From a virus (Duplodnaviria > Heunggongvirae > Uroviricota > Caudoviricetes): 64,000 nt of DNA. How positions within the stretch are numbered: position 1 is the first letter of the stretch; each line of letters opens with the position of its first letter. The position numbers and the translations under genes were made by a program. Shown here piece after piece: positions 46,320 to 55,947 of this stretch. The notes under the pieces were generated by a model. The model was not told the DNA's origin. It saw only the letters and a program-made list of their open reading frames with translations, and did no database searches. The stretch is taken from IMG/VR virus record IMGVR_UViG_3300017971_000004, positions 1-64,000 of that record; one strand, written 5' to 3'.

Positions 46320-46562
46320 TCAATTCTCCTCCAGCGCCACGCAGCCAGGTGCCCGTGTCGCTCTCGTGAGCTGCCAACCGGGGCCGCTCTCATCGATGTG
46401 ATCGAGCTGACCGAAGAGACGGCAGATGTGGATGCGCTCGTCGGGGTAGGCCTTGCGGACGTACCCGGGAACGCCGTCCGTGGTGTTCGTTAGGAACGGG
46501 CACTTGGGCGAGCAGTGCTCGCCGTCAGCGAGGATGTAGAGCTGGACTTTCTCGGCCATCAT
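46320..46562 (-). CDS. hypothetical Cys-containing protein (80 aa)
   Basis: Preceded by the sigma70-like promoter 46596..46624. Confidence 0.4.
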   Translation of the reverse strand: MMAEKVQLYILADGEHCSPKCPFLTNTTDGVPGYVRKAYPDERIHICRLFGQLDHIDESGPGWQLTRATRAPGCVALEEN

Positions 46563-46595
46563 ACTCTCACATACAGTTCCACGTACTGAACTCTT

Positions 46596-46624
46596 CCTAT
46601 ATCAAAAGGCTCCCTCAGAGTCAA
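46596..46624 (-). promoter_or_regulatory. sigma70-like promoter TTGACT-N17-TATAGG with extended TG
   Basis: Minus strand GGTTGACTCTGAGGGAGCCTTTTGATATAGGAAG; near-duplicate of the 35241..35269 element. Confidence 0.4.
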
Positions 46625-47532
46625 CCCGTTTCACCGAGAAGTCTCCGCAACCGGTCGAACACGGCCACTGCTCTTTCCGCTTCGGATGTCCAGTACGAAG
46701 TTCGATCCTTCTTCGGAAGCTTCAAGAGCGCCCGCTTCTCCGCGATGGTCAAGGGATCGTTCTCGTTGTAGTGGTCAACCAGGAAGTTTCCGAGATCATC
46801 GGTCTCCACCAGGCTCATGTATGCCACCGGCAGGAACAAGTTGAACAGGTCACACATCTTCCGCTGGAAGTCCCGCAGAACATGTCTGATCTGTTCGACC
46901 TCGTGCTTCGCCTTCGGGTCGTGCATCAGATCGTCCAGAACCTCCTCTACGCCTCCTGGAGCCTGCATCTCGTAGGGTCTGCCTCCGTGAGACCTGACGA
47001 ACGTCTCGACGTCGTGGCGGAAGCGGAGGTTGTCCTGGTATTCCAAGCTCTCTTCCAGGACCTTCTTCCGTATCTCGCTCTCCTCGCGCTTCTGGGACTT
47101 CTGAATAGACCGGCAGATCGACGCGACGAACTCGGCGTCCATCTCGGCAGTCGTCCGAGAGGCGTGGCGCACGATGGCGAGCCCGTCGCCGTGGGGTCTC
47201 ATCCAGCCGACGCCCTCGGGCAGTTCCTCCTCCTTGATGACGGTCTTGGATGCGACGAACCAGAACTCGTGGCACATCTGCCGAGCCCACTCGTTCTTAC
47301 CCGGATTCTGAAGCTCGTTGAGAAAATCGCTCCGACTGGCCTTGACCTCGAAGGCGCAGCGCGTGAGACCGTCGCTCGGCCAGAGGTAGACGACGATGGC
47401 GTCGACCCAGCTGCTCGCGGCCCAACCGGTCCCATTGGCCACCTGCTCGAAGAGAGCATACCGCTGCGACTCTCCGAACTTGTTTCGGAGGCGCTGGATG
47501 AGGTCCTCGGCAGTGTACTTCTTGGGTGGCAC
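46621..47532 (-). CDS. putative PD-(D/E)xK-fold nuclease-like protein, GTG start (303 aa)
   Basis: D...E.K core (WVDAIVVYLWPSDGLTRCAFEVKASRSDF). The track start at 47610 would overlap the upstream gene by 79 nt; an in-frame GTG at 47532 overlaps the upstream TAG (TAGTG) with GGAG 13 nt upstream. Confidence 0.35.
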   Translation of the reverse strand: MPPKKYTAEDLIQRLRNKFGESQRYALFEQVANGTGWAASSWVDAIVVYLWPSDGLTRCAFEVKASRSDFLNELQNPGKNEWARQMCHEFWFVASKTVIKEEELPEGVGWMRPHGDGLAIVRHASRTTAEMDAEFVASICRSIQKSQKREESEIRKKVLEESLEYQDNLRFRHDVETFVRSHGGRPYEMQAPGGVEEVLDDLMHDPKAKHEVEQIRHVLRDFQRKMCDLFNLFLPVAYMSLVETDDLGNFLVDHYNENDPLTIAEKRALLKLPKKDRTSYWTSEAERAVAVFDRLRRLLGETG

Positions 47533-47978
47533 TAGTTCTTGATCTCCAAGATTTCCTGCACCTTCTTCAGGTCGCAGCTTTCCTTGCACTCCTCCAGCCC
47601 CCATTGGCACTGCTGAAGCTCCAAGGTGCAGTCACTCAAGGTCTCCTCCCATTCCTCGTGACCACTCCTGGTCTCATAGAAATCGACAATCTCGTCGATC
47701 TCCTCGTTGCACACCTCGATGGGGATGGAGCCGAAAGTCTCGTACTGCATCTCCAGCATCCAGAGATTGCTCATGTACCAAGGAGGATCGCAGTTGCAGA
47801 GGTCGCCACACTCGTCGTAGAGAGTCTGCTGACACCACTCCAGATCACTTCGGAGCTTTCCGATTCCGTAGTTCTTACTGAGCCAGAACCCTAGAACGCC
47901 TGCTGCTCCAGCAAGGATGAGCGCCAGTCCGATCATCTGTGCGGGGCTGATGAGCTTGATGCGATGAGGATTCTTCAT
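47532..47978 (-). CDS. membrane-anchored Cys-rich protein (148 aa)
   Basis: N-terminal TM helix IGLALILAGAAGVLGFWL; 10 Cys in the ectodomain. Confidence 0.4.
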   Translation of the reverse strand: MKNPHRIKLISPAQMIGLALILAGAAGVLGFWLSKNYGIGKLRSDLEWCQQTLYDECGDLCNCDPPWYMSNLWMLEMQYETFGSIPIEVCNEEIDEIVDFYETRSGHEEWEETLSDCTLELQQCQWGLEECKESCDLKKVQEILEIKN

Positions 47979-47979
47979 C

Positions 47980-48198
47980 TCAACCCCACCCTCTCCTCAC
48001 CTCGATTTCGAAGTAACCCTGGCAGTGAGGGCAGTGGACCGTGGTGACGCCCCTCTCCAGCTTGTTCATGCCCTTGTGGCGGACGATGCCTTCGCAGCGG
48101 GGACAGACGACGGGGACTTGAGTCTTGAGCAGCTCAAGAACGCGGTCCACCTTCGAGCCCACCTCCCTGATCAGTTGCTCCTCGATAGTGGCCATCAC
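47980..48198 (-). CDS. zinc-ribbon protein (72 aa)
   Basis: CPRCEG...CPHCQG. Confidence 0.4.
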   Translation of the reverse strand: MMATIEEQLIREVGSKVDRVLELLKTQVPVVCPRCEGIVRHKGMNKLERGVTTVHCPHCQGYFEIEVRRGWG

Positions 48199-48668
48199 TG
48201 ACTCTCCACCTTCCGGGCAGTTGCCACGACGCCCTCCAGATCCTCCAGCCAGCGCGGGCTGAACTGAGAGACGAGGAACCAGTTCTCATCATCTTCAATA
48301 TACAGTTCAGCCACCATCCCCTTCCTACCATCTGGATCGAGAAGACGTTCGGTGAGCCGGATGCCAAAGATGCGCCCGGAGATCGTGATGTGCTTCTTCT
48401 TGAGAGGTAGGTAGCGTTCGGTCTCCCAGTCGTAGATACGCATGTCCGTGAAGATCTTCGGCAGTTCGACCGGAGGGGCCGTACCGCCCTTGAGGTCCCG
48501 GATCTCGTCTTCGAGCATCTCGACCTCGTCCTCCAGCTCCACGATGCGCTGCTGCTCTTCCTCCCGCTCGCACTCCCCGCAGAACCAGCGGTCTTCCTGA
48601 CCCTGGTACATGGAGTTGTCGCCGTGGTTGGTGATCCAGTCGCGCGGACACTTCGGCTTCTCGTTCAT
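48195..48668 (-). CDS. hypothetical protein (157 aa)
   Basis: Minus ORF; N-terminal CPRD...CGEC. Confidence 0.45.
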   Translation of the reverse strand: MNEKPKCPRDWITNHGDNSMYQGQEDRWFCGECEREEEQQRIVELEDEVEMLEDEIRDLKGGTAPPVELPKIFTDMRIYDWETERYLPLKKKHITISGRIFGIRLTERLLDPDGRKGMVAELYIEDDENWFLVSQFSPRWLEDLEGVVATARKVESQ

Positions 48669-49045
48669 TCCAGCACCAGCTTTCTTGCGACTTCAGGCGT
48701 CGTATTGCAGGTGGCCGCGACGAACACGGCGAACTTGTCCAGCTCCATCTCGGCCTCCACCAGCTGCTCGCGCAGGTAGATCGCCGCCTCGGACATCTTG
48801 CCGGTGCCCCGGCACATGCAGGGTTTCTTCGAAAGAGGTTCGCCAGCTCCCAGGCAGACGTCACAGATGTTGTCGGCCTTGGCCTCCTGGTAGGCATGCA
48901 CGAGCCAATTCGCCATCTCCAGGAGCGCAGAGTACGGGTCCTTGTATCCACCCGTCTGATGAAGCTCCTTGTCATCAACCTTGAGCGTGATGACAGAGTA
49001 GGGATCCTCGTTCTTGCCTTTGGTGGTGAGGATGATCTGGTGCAT
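48665..49045 (-). CDS. hypothetical protein (126 aa)
   Basis: Start moved to MHQIILTT; CDVCLG...CMCRG zinc-binding pairs. Confidence 0.45.
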   Translation of the reverse strand: MHQIILTTKGKNEDPYSVITLKVDDKELHQTGGYKDPYSALLEMANWLVHAYQEAKADNICDVCLGAGEPLSKKPCMCRGTGKMSEAAIYLREQLVEAEMELDKFAVFVAATCNTTPEVARKLVLE

Positions 49046-49455
49046 CAGTCGGCCTGCGGCGGCGTGTAGTCGAGCAGAACGTCGCCGTCCTTGAACGGAG
49101 CGTGGTGCATCCAGGAGTTGGTATTGCGGACGACCTTGGGAGTGTGGCTCCGCATGTTGGAGAGCAGGATCTCCTGGTCCGGCTTGTTCTCGCGCTCCAC
49201 GTCTTCGACGGTCAGCAGCTCGCCGCCGAGGTGGTACGTGCAACTCGTCGCCGTCCGCTTGCTGTCGAAGTCGTCGTCTCCCCGAGTCCGGGTCGTGAAG
49301 TAGAAGGCGTAGGGAGTCGCGCCGTAGCGCTCCTTGACCGATGCGGCCATCTCCATCGCCTTCTGGACGTCCCAGCTGTCGATCTCGTAGGTCGACTCCT
49401 CGGACACGAAAGTTCCCGGACTCAGGAACGTGACGAAATGCTTCTCGATTTCCAT
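49045..49455 (-). CDS. hypothetical protein (136 aa)
   Basis: Minus ORF. Confidence 0.45.
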   Translation of the reverse strand: MEIEKHFVTFLSPGTFVSEESTYEIDSWDVQKAMEMAASVKERYGATPYAFYFTTRTRGDDDFDSKRTATSCTYHLGGELLTVEDVERENKPDQEILLSNMRSHTPKVVRNTNSWMHHAPFKDGDVLLDYTPPQAD

Positions 49456-49456
49456 C

Positions 49457-49720
49457 TCAGGCCTCCTCGAAGGTCATGTCCTTCAGCTTCTGGATCTTCT
49501 TCTCCAGATTGGCGATTTTCTTCAACCGGAGTTCCTCGGCGCGCTTGGCGGCATCGGCCTTGTTCTCAAAGGCATCTCTCCCCATCCTCAAGAAGACGCC
49601 CCAAGAGCCGTCCTGCTTGAAGTACACCTTGAGGTTGTTATTGACATCGCTTGAAAATTGACCTTCGAGCTGCTGAAGACCCTTCGTCTCCCATCTTTTC
49701 ACTGACCAAACCTTGGCCAT
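49457..49720 (-). CDS. hypothetical protein (87 aa)
   Basis: Minus ORF. Confidence 0.4.
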   Translation of the reverse strand: MAKVWSVKRWETKGLQQLEGQFSSDVNNNLKVYFKQDGSWGVFLRMGRDAFENKADAAKRAEELRLKKIANLEKKIQKLKDMTFEEA

Positions 49721-49721
49721 C

Positions 49722-50069
49722 TCAATCCTCCTCGTCGACCTTGTCGACTCCGGCCTGCTTGAACAGGTCGCCCAGACTCGTACCGATCTTCACCCCGGAC
49801 CTCTTCTTTTTCTTCCGCTGCGGAAGATCGACCTCGACGGACTCCATCTTGAATCCGTGCAGCTTCCGATACGCTGCGCGTCCGCGCTTGACTTGCCGCA
49901 GCTCCTCCTCGCGGTCCTCTGCCAGCGCCGCCAACATGGCCTTGGCCCCGGCGTCGATGACGATGTCGAGGGGATTGGCGAACTCGTCGTTCTTTTCGTC
50001 TGCCGCAGCAGTCGCAGATGAAAGTCGGACTTTGGCAGAAACGACCGAGACCATCCCTCCAAAATCCAT
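49722..50069 (-). CDS. hypothetical protein (115 aa)
   Basis: Minus ORF. Confidence 0.4.
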   Translation of the reverse strand: MDFGGMVSVVSAKVRLSSATAAADEKNDEFANPLDIVIDAGAKAMLAALAEDREEELRQVKRGRAAYRKLHGFKMESVEVDLPQRKKKKRSGVKIGTSLGDLFKQAGVDKVDEED

Positions 50070-50135
50070 TGGAATCTTGCCACATCTCGTCCGGTGGCGT
50101 CGGAGAACCCGGGACTTCGAAGACTTCGTACATCT

Positions 50136-50546
50136 TCAGCTCTTCTTCCTGCGGATCACGTCTCCGCGTTCTACGGCGTACAGGAACTGCGGATACCAGA
50201 TTTTCCACTCGCCCTCGGAGTCAAGACCCTTGTAGGGCTTGGCCGTCAAGTCGGACAGGACGCGTCCGATGAGATCTTCCGACCGATGTGGCTGTTGCCC
50301 GTTGTAGAGGCTCGTGGTTCCCGGCATCTGGAGCGGCTTGCCGTTGCCCTCCTCGCGCCCCACACGCTCGCGTAGACGCCCCAGCGCGATGTCACGCCCC
50401 CGAACCCGGTTGAACATGTCGGTCGGGGCACAGAAGGCCGCTCCGAAGAGCCAGAGGTCGCTGTCCTCGTCGAGCCGTTTATAGGCTAAGGTGACCGCAC
50501 CGTTCTTCTCGGTACGGACGTGCATGAACTTCACTCCGTTCCTCAT
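50136..50546 (-). CDS. hypothetical protein (136 aa)
   Basis: Minus ORF. Confidence 0.4.
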   Translation of the reverse strand: MRNGVKFMHVRTEKNGAVTLAYKRLDEDSDLWLFGAAFCAPTDMFNRVRGRDIALGRLRERVGREEGNGKPLQMPGTTSLYNGQQPHRSEDLIGRVLSDLTAKPYKGLDSEGEWKIWYPQFLYAVERGDVIRRKKS

Positions 50547-50547
50547 A

Positions 50548-51297
50548 TCAATCTTTCCTCGCTTTCTTTCGTTCCAGCTGCCCCCTCAGCGTGTTGGCGT
50601 AGCGTGTGCTCAACCCGCTTGTTTCCATGAACTTCGGATGGACGGAGAGAACTCCGTGATCGACAAAAACCTCTGCATGACCGTACCAACTTTTCGAAAG
50701 AGGCGAGCAGAAGTTGACGTACCGATTGTTTATCCAGATTCGATCCTTCTGTTCCTTGGTGACGTACATATCCACTTCGGAAGCAAGCTCTGCGATCTGC
50801 TTCTTGAAGTGGGGAGTCAAGGCACTCGCAGGCACGATAACCACGATGCCGGTTCCGGGCTCGTAAGTACCGTCCATCCGTTTGAGATAATCGAGAGCAT
50901 CCAGCAGCATCGTGGTGCTACGCCCCGTTCCGATCAGCTCTTCCTCGGAGAGATGCGAGTATTCGCCGGCACGATGCCGTTTCACTACGGACCAATTTAT
51001 CATTTTCAGTCCTCCATCTTCATCTCGACGGTCAGCCTTTTGAGCGGCTTCTCCAGAACCAGCGTCCCCCTGACAGCGTGCCTTGAGCCTGTCCTCCATC
51101 TTCCCGGTGAAGGTGATGTTGCCACGCCGATCGAAGTCGGAGAACTCTTCCAGAAAGTGGTTCCAGGGCAAACCGGCGAAGGTCCACCGGGCGCGCTTCT
51201 CCTCGGCCACCACGACGCACTCGAAGTGACGTTGGCCGATCTGGGCCGTCCCCACGAGAATACCGTTCTGCCTGCGCTCCCAGCTCATCTCGGGCAT
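50548..51297 (-). CDS. hypothetical protein (249 aa)
   Basis: Minus ORF. Confidence 0.45.
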   Translation of the reverse strand: MPEMSWERRQNGILVGTAQIGQRHFECVVVAEEKRARWTFAGLPWNHFLEEFSDFDRRGNITFTGKMEDRLKARCQGDAGSGEAAQKADRRDEDGGLKMINWSVVKRHRAGEYSHLSEEELIGTGRSTTMLLDALDYLKRMDGTYEPGTGIVVIVPASALTPHFKKQIAELASEVDMYVTKEQKDRIWINNRYVNFCSPLSKSWYGHAEVFVDHGVLSVHPKFMETSGLSTRYANTLRGQLERKKARKD

Positions 51298-51298
51298 C

Positions 51299-51910
51299 TC
51301 AGTCTTTCCCTCCTGGGGGCCTCAGCGCCTCGTTCCAGGACACCGGATGCAGCCGCAGGAACTCGTACCGGACTCCCTTGTCCTGGGCAGCTCGGTCGAA
51401 GCAGGATGGGCACAGGACGACGTCGGGGTCGCCCACGACTTCCATCCAGATGTCGTCTTCGATTTCGAAGCCGATCACGTTCCGATCGCCGCACCGGTAG
51501 CAGGTCTCGCAGGGCCACTCCTCCAACGAGTCGCGTCGAGGGACCTGACGCTTGAGATTATTGTGGACCGTGGTCTCCTCGCACTGTGCCAGCAACCCGC
51601 AGATCCGATCCGCCGGAGAGGGCACCGGGAGCACGACACGATGCTCGCTGACGAGCGACTTCACCACGACCTTCTCGTGCATCGTATCTTCGACGATGAG
51701 CACTCCACCGAACTCAGGAGGGCTCCAAGGGACCTTGTAGTAGAGAACATGCGCCGTCCCGTGCCAGCCGGGTTCCCGATGGAGAATTGCGGCCATCGTT
51801 CCCAACGGAGCCAGGATCACCATATGGTTGCGTCGGATGCAGCTCTTTTCGACTTCGATGATGGCGTCCAGGAGGTCTTGTGCTCGAAGCTCTTTCATTT
51901 CCTCCACCAT
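51299..51910 (-). CDS. hypothetical protein with C-terminal CxxC pairs (203 aa)
   Basis: CETCYRCG...CPSC. Confidence 0.45.
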   Translation of the reverse strand: MVEEMKELRAQDLLDAIIEVEKSCIRRNHMVILAPLGTMAAILHREPGWHGTAHVLYYKVPWSPPEFGGVLIVEDTMHEKVVVKSLVSEHRVVLPVPSPADRICGLLAQCEETTVHNNLKRQVPRRDSLEEWPCETCYRCGDRNVIGFEIEDDIWMEVVGDPDVVLCPSCFDRAAQDKGVRYEFLRLHPVSWNEALRPPGGKD

Positions 51911-52056
51911 TCCTCGGCCAGGACGAAGAAGATGACTCCCACCGTCAGGAACAGCCCCATCACCGTGAGCGGGAATATCTTGAAGATGGAGCCCACGAAG
52001 AAGAACGCGGGACCGGCCAAGAGAGGAATCAACCGAGCCAGCTTACCCCAGTTCAT
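51895..52056 (-). CDS. small two-TM membrane protein (53 aa)
   Basis: MNWGKLARLIPLLAGPAFFFVGSIFKIFPLTVMGLFLTVGVIFFVLAEEWWRK; holin-like topology, function unknown. Confidence 0.35.
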   Translation of the reverse strand: MNWGKLARLIPLLAGPAFFFVGSIFKIFPLTVMGLFLTVGVIFFVLAEEWWRK

Positions 52057-52058
52057 GC

Positions 52059-52580
52059 TCACTTCTCCTCGGGCGGATTCATCATGACGTGGCCTTTCCA
52101 CTGACGACCGCCGATGCTCGCCGTCCTGATGTCCTTGAGCAGCAGCGCCAGGTCCTCGACGGACGTGTCGACACGCGGCTCGTCGCCGAGCAGCTCCTGG
52201 ATAAGGTGGACTCGCCGGGTCATCTCGTTCGGATCATCATCCGGAGCGCTCAGCGTCTCAAACACCCATTCGGCTTTCAAATACTCGTCGTTCCATCCGG
52301 GATGAGTCTCTGGCTGCATTCCGAGCACGGTGACGATCTGCTGTTCCCGTTCCGCGAGTCGACTTTGAAGTCGATGCAGCTCCTTGAGCGCGTCTGGAAT
52401 AGAATCGAAGCCGGCGTCGAACAACGATTTCTTTGCAGTATTGACTACATCTTGAAGCCAATCCCGCGCCTTCTCCAACTCGGCGATGCGGTCGTCCTGG
52501 GACTCGATGTAGTCGAGCACATCTTCCATTACCTGCTTGCCCTCCATGAGGGCTTCGGCCATGTCGCGCTTACTCGTCAT
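52059..52580 (-). CDS. hypothetical protein (173 aa)
   Basis: Minus ORF. Confidence 0.45.
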   Translation of the reverse strand: MTSKRDMAEALMEGKQVMEDVLDYIESQDDRIAELEKARDWLQDVVNTAKKSLFDAGFDSIPDALKELHRLQSRLAEREQQIVTVLGMQPETHPGWNDEYLKAEWVFETLSAPDDDPNEMTRRVHLIQELLGDEPRVDTSVEDLALLLKDIRTASIGGRQWKGHVMMNPPEEK

Positions 52581-53040
52581 CGTCCTTCTCCAGCACCTCC
52601 GTGTTCAGCTTGGGGAACACCGGGATACCGCGCGCCTCCAGCTCGCGACGGAGGTGCAGGTTCTCCTCCTCCAGCTCACCGCATTTCTGAAGCGCATCAT
52701 TCAGCTGTTTCGTAAGCGTTACCGCCTCCTGCTCGGACGAGACGTATTCCGACAACGAGTACCACCACTCGACACCCTCTTTGGGAACCGAAGTGTAGCC
52801 CCAGAAGCTCCCGTCGACCGGGACTGCCGGAACGAGGTTGCCGATCTGATCGCTACCCGGCTGTAGCTGTTCACCTTGATCCGTCTCGGCGCAGGAGCGG
52901 CAGAGTAACTCGATGCAGCTAGCAACGGTTTGATACTGCCGCCAGAGGCGTACTCCGTGGGCTCCGCAGCCCAGACATTTGTAGTCTGCGGGTAGATAGC
53001 CGGGAGGATACTGGGCCTTGTTCGTCGGATGCGCTTCCAT
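52570..53040 (-). CDS. hypothetical protein (156 aa)
   Basis: Start moved to MEAHPTNK; the track start at 53196 is a TTG. Confidence 0.4.
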   Translation of the reverse strand: MEAHPTNKAQYPPGYLPADYKCLGCGAHGVRLWRQYQTVASCIELLCRSCAETDQGEQLQPGSDQIGNLVPAVPVDGSFWGYTSVPKEGVEWWYSLSEYVSSEQEAVTLTKQLNDALQKCGELEEENLHLRRELEARGIPVFPKLNTEVLEKDDDE

Positions 53041-53211
53041 TGTTTTCAGCCTTCCTGGACAACGCTCCACGGTCCGCCGACGAAGTCGGCCTTGTCCCGC
53101 GACCAGAATGGAGCCACCGGCAGCATCAAGGAAGTCCCGTGGTACCAAGGCCCCTTCGCCAGCCGGCGATACCAGCGGAAGTCTCCGAGCATCCAATCGA
53201 GGAACTTCATC

Positions 53212-53769
53212 TCACTTCTCCCGTCCGGGCCAAGTCGCACCATGCTCGACCATCCACTCGAAGAAGCGGTGCAGATAGTCCGCTTCCGACTCATCTTCCC
53301 GGCGCGGGTTCTCGCGCACGAAGGTGTCAACATATCGTTCCATGTTGGATTCCTCCCTCGGCTTCAGCGTGTTCACGCTGCGGTACACGGGCAGTGGTTC
53401 GGGCTCCGACTTCTCCAAGGCATTCATCAAGATCAGCACGGACCGGAGGTCTTCCTGCACTTCAAGCGCGTCCACGCGTCCTGGATGGCCGTACTTGAGG
53501 CAGAGGTACTGGAGACGGTCTACACCGGCTGCGAGGTCTCGTTCGGCCTTCCCGGTCCGCAGCAGCCATTCGCTCGCCGTCAAGCCCTCCTTGGTCTTCA
53601 CGTTGAGCGCCACCGCCCGCTCCTCCTTCAGACGGTCGTTCTCATCGAGAAGATCGAGGTACTCATTCCGAAGACAATCAGGACACCACCAAGCGTTGAC
53701 TTCAAGCAAAAATCGAAGCTCGTCATGCTCTTCACCACAATTATCGCAGCATCCTTCTTGATCGTTCAT
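53212..53769 (-). CDS. hypothetical protein (185 aa)
   Basis: Start moved to MNDQEGCCDNCGEE. Confidence 0.4.
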   Translation of the reverse strand: MNDQEGCCDNCGEEHDELRFLLEVNAWWCPDCLRNEYLDLLDENDRLKEERAVALNVKTKEGLTASEWLLRTGKAERDLAAGVDRLQYLCLKYGHPGRVDALEVQEDLRSVLILMNALEKSEPEPLPVYRSVNTLKPREESNMERYVDTFVRENPRREDESEADYLHRFFEWMVEHGATWPGREK

Positions 53770-53770
53770 C

Positions 53771-54130
53771 TCAACAACCCCTCTCGAAACGGCCACACTG
53801 ACACCGATCCGGACCAGTTCCTTCGGTCGACCGACCGCCCTCGGGGCAGATGTGGACGCGCTCCAGCACCTCGTACAGATCGTCTATCTGGGTCTTGAGC
53901 TTCTCGTTCTCGGCCTCGGCTGCTTCGGCGCGCACCAGGACTCTTCCGACCTTGTCGTTCTCTTCGTGGAGCAGCTTGACCAGCTCGACGACGCGATCAC
54001 GAAGGCGATTACGCTCGTTGACGACGAGTTCGTAGAGAGGGACGCAGTCCTTCTGAACCAGGAGGGTACCCGACGAGCCCCCATCTTCGTGCCGTTCGTC
54101 GAACGGCACTTTCACGCATTCAAGACGCAT
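53771..54130 (-). CDS. hypothetical coiled-coil protein (119 aa)
   Basis: Minus ORF. Confidence 0.4.
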   Translation of the reverse strand: MRLECVKVPFDERHEDGGSSGTLLVQKDCVPLYELVVNERNRLRDRVVELVKLLHEENDKVGRVLVRAEAAEAENEKLKTQIDDLYEVLERVHICPEGGRSTEGTGPDRCQCGRFERGC

Positions 54131-54778
54131 CTACTTCTCCAGTTCGGCCCAATACTTTTTGTGGGCAGCCACCTGCTCCTCGATCTTCAACGGCTCGCCC
54201 TTCAGGTGCCGCTGGAACGAGGTCAGGATCAGGCTGCTCATGTCGTCGGCGTGCTCCAGCCCCAGCTCGACCATGTACCTGTGAATAAGGGTCTCGGGTC
54301 GGTCGCCGCTAGGATCGTACCAGAGGCCCCACTCGTTGCGTAGGAGCCGACCGAGCCCGTGGTGGTATTCTACTGGGTCGTGCTGCTTGAACTCTTCGAG
54401 ATTCTCCGAACTCCCCATGTTCTTCAGAATTCGGAAACAGTCCTCCAGATCCTTGGGCTGTTCGATAACCAACGGGTCGACATCCGAGACAGTCGTACCG
54501 GCCAGCTCCTCCAGCCGGACGTTGCAGGGAGACGACTTGCGCCATATCTGCTCCCCGATCTTCTCCAGATCGAGGGGGAACCGGAAGACGATCGTCAGCT
54601 CGCCTAGGCCGTCCTTGTTCGTGACGTAAGCCGTCCCGCAGCGAGGGTGCTCGTATCGCTCCAGATTGTCACCTACCCAGGAACGGAAGACCTCTTTGAA
54701 CACAGGCATCAAGGCTCCGTCCTCACCGTGCTCCAGATCCTCAACGGAAACGTCTATCGTGATTTCCGATTTCTTCAT
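54131..54778 (-). CDS. hypothetical protein (215 aa)
   Basis: Minus ORF. Confidence 0.45.
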   Translation of the reverse strand: MKKSEITIDVSVEDLEHGEDGALMPVFKEVFRSWVGDNLERYEHPRCGTAYVTNKDGLGELTIVFRFPLDLEKIGEQIWRKSSPCNVRLEELAGTTVSDVDPLVIEQPKDLEDCFRILKNMGSSENLEEFKQHDPVEYHHGLGRLLRNEWGLWYDPSGDRPETLIHRYMVELGLEHADDMSSLILTSFQRHLKGEPLKIEEQVAAHKKYWAELEK

Positions 54779-54779
54779 C

Positions 54780-55091
54780 TCAGTCCTCCATCATTTCGTG
54801 TTGCATCAACTCGTCCAGCTCGGGATCACAGGTCCAGCTGGATGCGCGCAGCTCTTTCACGATTCGAGCAGCGATTTCAGCCACCGCTGGAACTGCGTCT
54901 CCCATGAAGAAGGTAGACGCTACTATGTCGCCGGGTCTGAACCGTATCTCCACTCCCCCGTTTCCCAAGAAGTAGTAGATATTGCCGCCAACCGTGTACG
55001 GGGAGTATTCGATTTTGTGAGCAGCACAAAAGGCGTCCCATTTATCCGGCTCGACTGGTTCCTCGAACTTCATGTAGATCGCACTGCTCAT
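54780..55091 (-). CDS. hypothetical protein (103 aa)
   Basis: Start MSSAIYMKF forms an ATGA overlap with the stop of 55088..55288. Confidence 0.4.
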   Translation of the reverse strand: MSSAIYMKFEEPVEPDKWDAFCAAHKIEYSPYTVGGNIYYFLGNGGVEIRFRPGDIVASTFFMGDAVPAVAEIAARIVKELRASSWTCDPELDELMQHEMMED

Positions 55092-55288
55092 CCCCTCCTC
55101 CGATCTCGCAACGACGCAGGCATCCGAGACACATAAGGTGCGCGCTCCGGAAGATACTCCCAACCCAAGAAAACGGGCTGGAGCACGAACTGCCCGTTAC
55201 ACAGCTTGAGCAGCTTGAAGTACTTCTTTGAGAAGATCGGCTGCCCACGCCTTGGGTACTCGTGACTGTCGTAGTCACCCCACGCCAT
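55088..55288 (-). CDS. hypothetical protein (66 aa)
   Basis: Minus ORF. Confidence 0.3.
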   Translation of the reverse strand: MAWGDYDSHEYPRRGQPIFSKKYFKLLKLCNGQFVLQPVFLGWEYLPERAPYVSRMPASLRDRRRG

Positions 55289-55289
55289 C

Positions 55290-55598
55290 TCAGTCCTCCA
55301 CTGCCGGTCCCAGAACCTCGTTGAAAGACCTGTGCTCGAACTCGATCATCGAGATGCGAGCCCGAAGAGTGCGCCTCCATTTGTCGGCTGCGGCGCAGCC
55401 CTCACATTTCGCGATCTGATCTGAACTGTATCTATCCACCCGGTCGGTATGATGTTTTCGATCGCTCCTTGCGCCGTTCTCGTGCCGGCACAGACGGCGC
55501 TCGTACCACCTACGCCGCTCCTTGTAGGGAAAGAGGAGGAGCAGCACGAGCATCGCGAACAAACGTGGCAGGTAGACAAACATCAGGTCGTAGAGCAT
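55290..55598 (-). CDS. membrane protein (102 aa)
   Basis: N-terminal TM helix FVYLPRLFAMLVLLLLF. Confidence 0.4.
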   Translation of the reverse strand: MLYDLMFVYLPRLFAMLVLLLLFPYKERRRWYERRLCRHENGARSDRKHHTDRVDRYSSDQIAKCEGCAAADKWRRTLRARISMIEFEHRSFNEVLGPAVED

Positions 55599-55599
55599 C

Positions 55600-55833
55600 T
55601 CAATCCTCCATCTTCTTCATCACCAACTGAATCTCCTGTACCGTTAAGGAACCGTCCTCGCCGCAGCCGGAATATCGCGTGAGATAAATTTCGCCGTTGT
55701 CGAGCGCCCGGTCGAGTGCATCATCATCGAGACCTAGCGCTTCTTTTATCTGCTTCCGAAGCGACAATGCCAGGTCGCAGACGCAGGTATTGCGGTCGCG
55801 CCGACCTCCGCAGTGCTCACAAATTTCGGACAT
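55600..55833 (-). CDS. Cys-rich small protein (77 aa)
   Basis: CEHCGG...CVCD. Confidence 0.4.
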   Translation of the reverse strand: MSEICEHCGGRRDRNTCVCDLALSLRKQIKEALGLDDDALDRALDNGEIYLTRYSGCGEDGSLTVQEIQLVMKKMED

Positions 55834-55947
55834 CTCGATCTTCCTCTCAACTATCAGCTGTTATGCGGGGGTCGCATCAACCAGCATCTCGTCCAGATCG
55901 GCCAGGCCCCGTCGGTCATGACGATCTTCGCTCCGGGCTTCTTCTCG

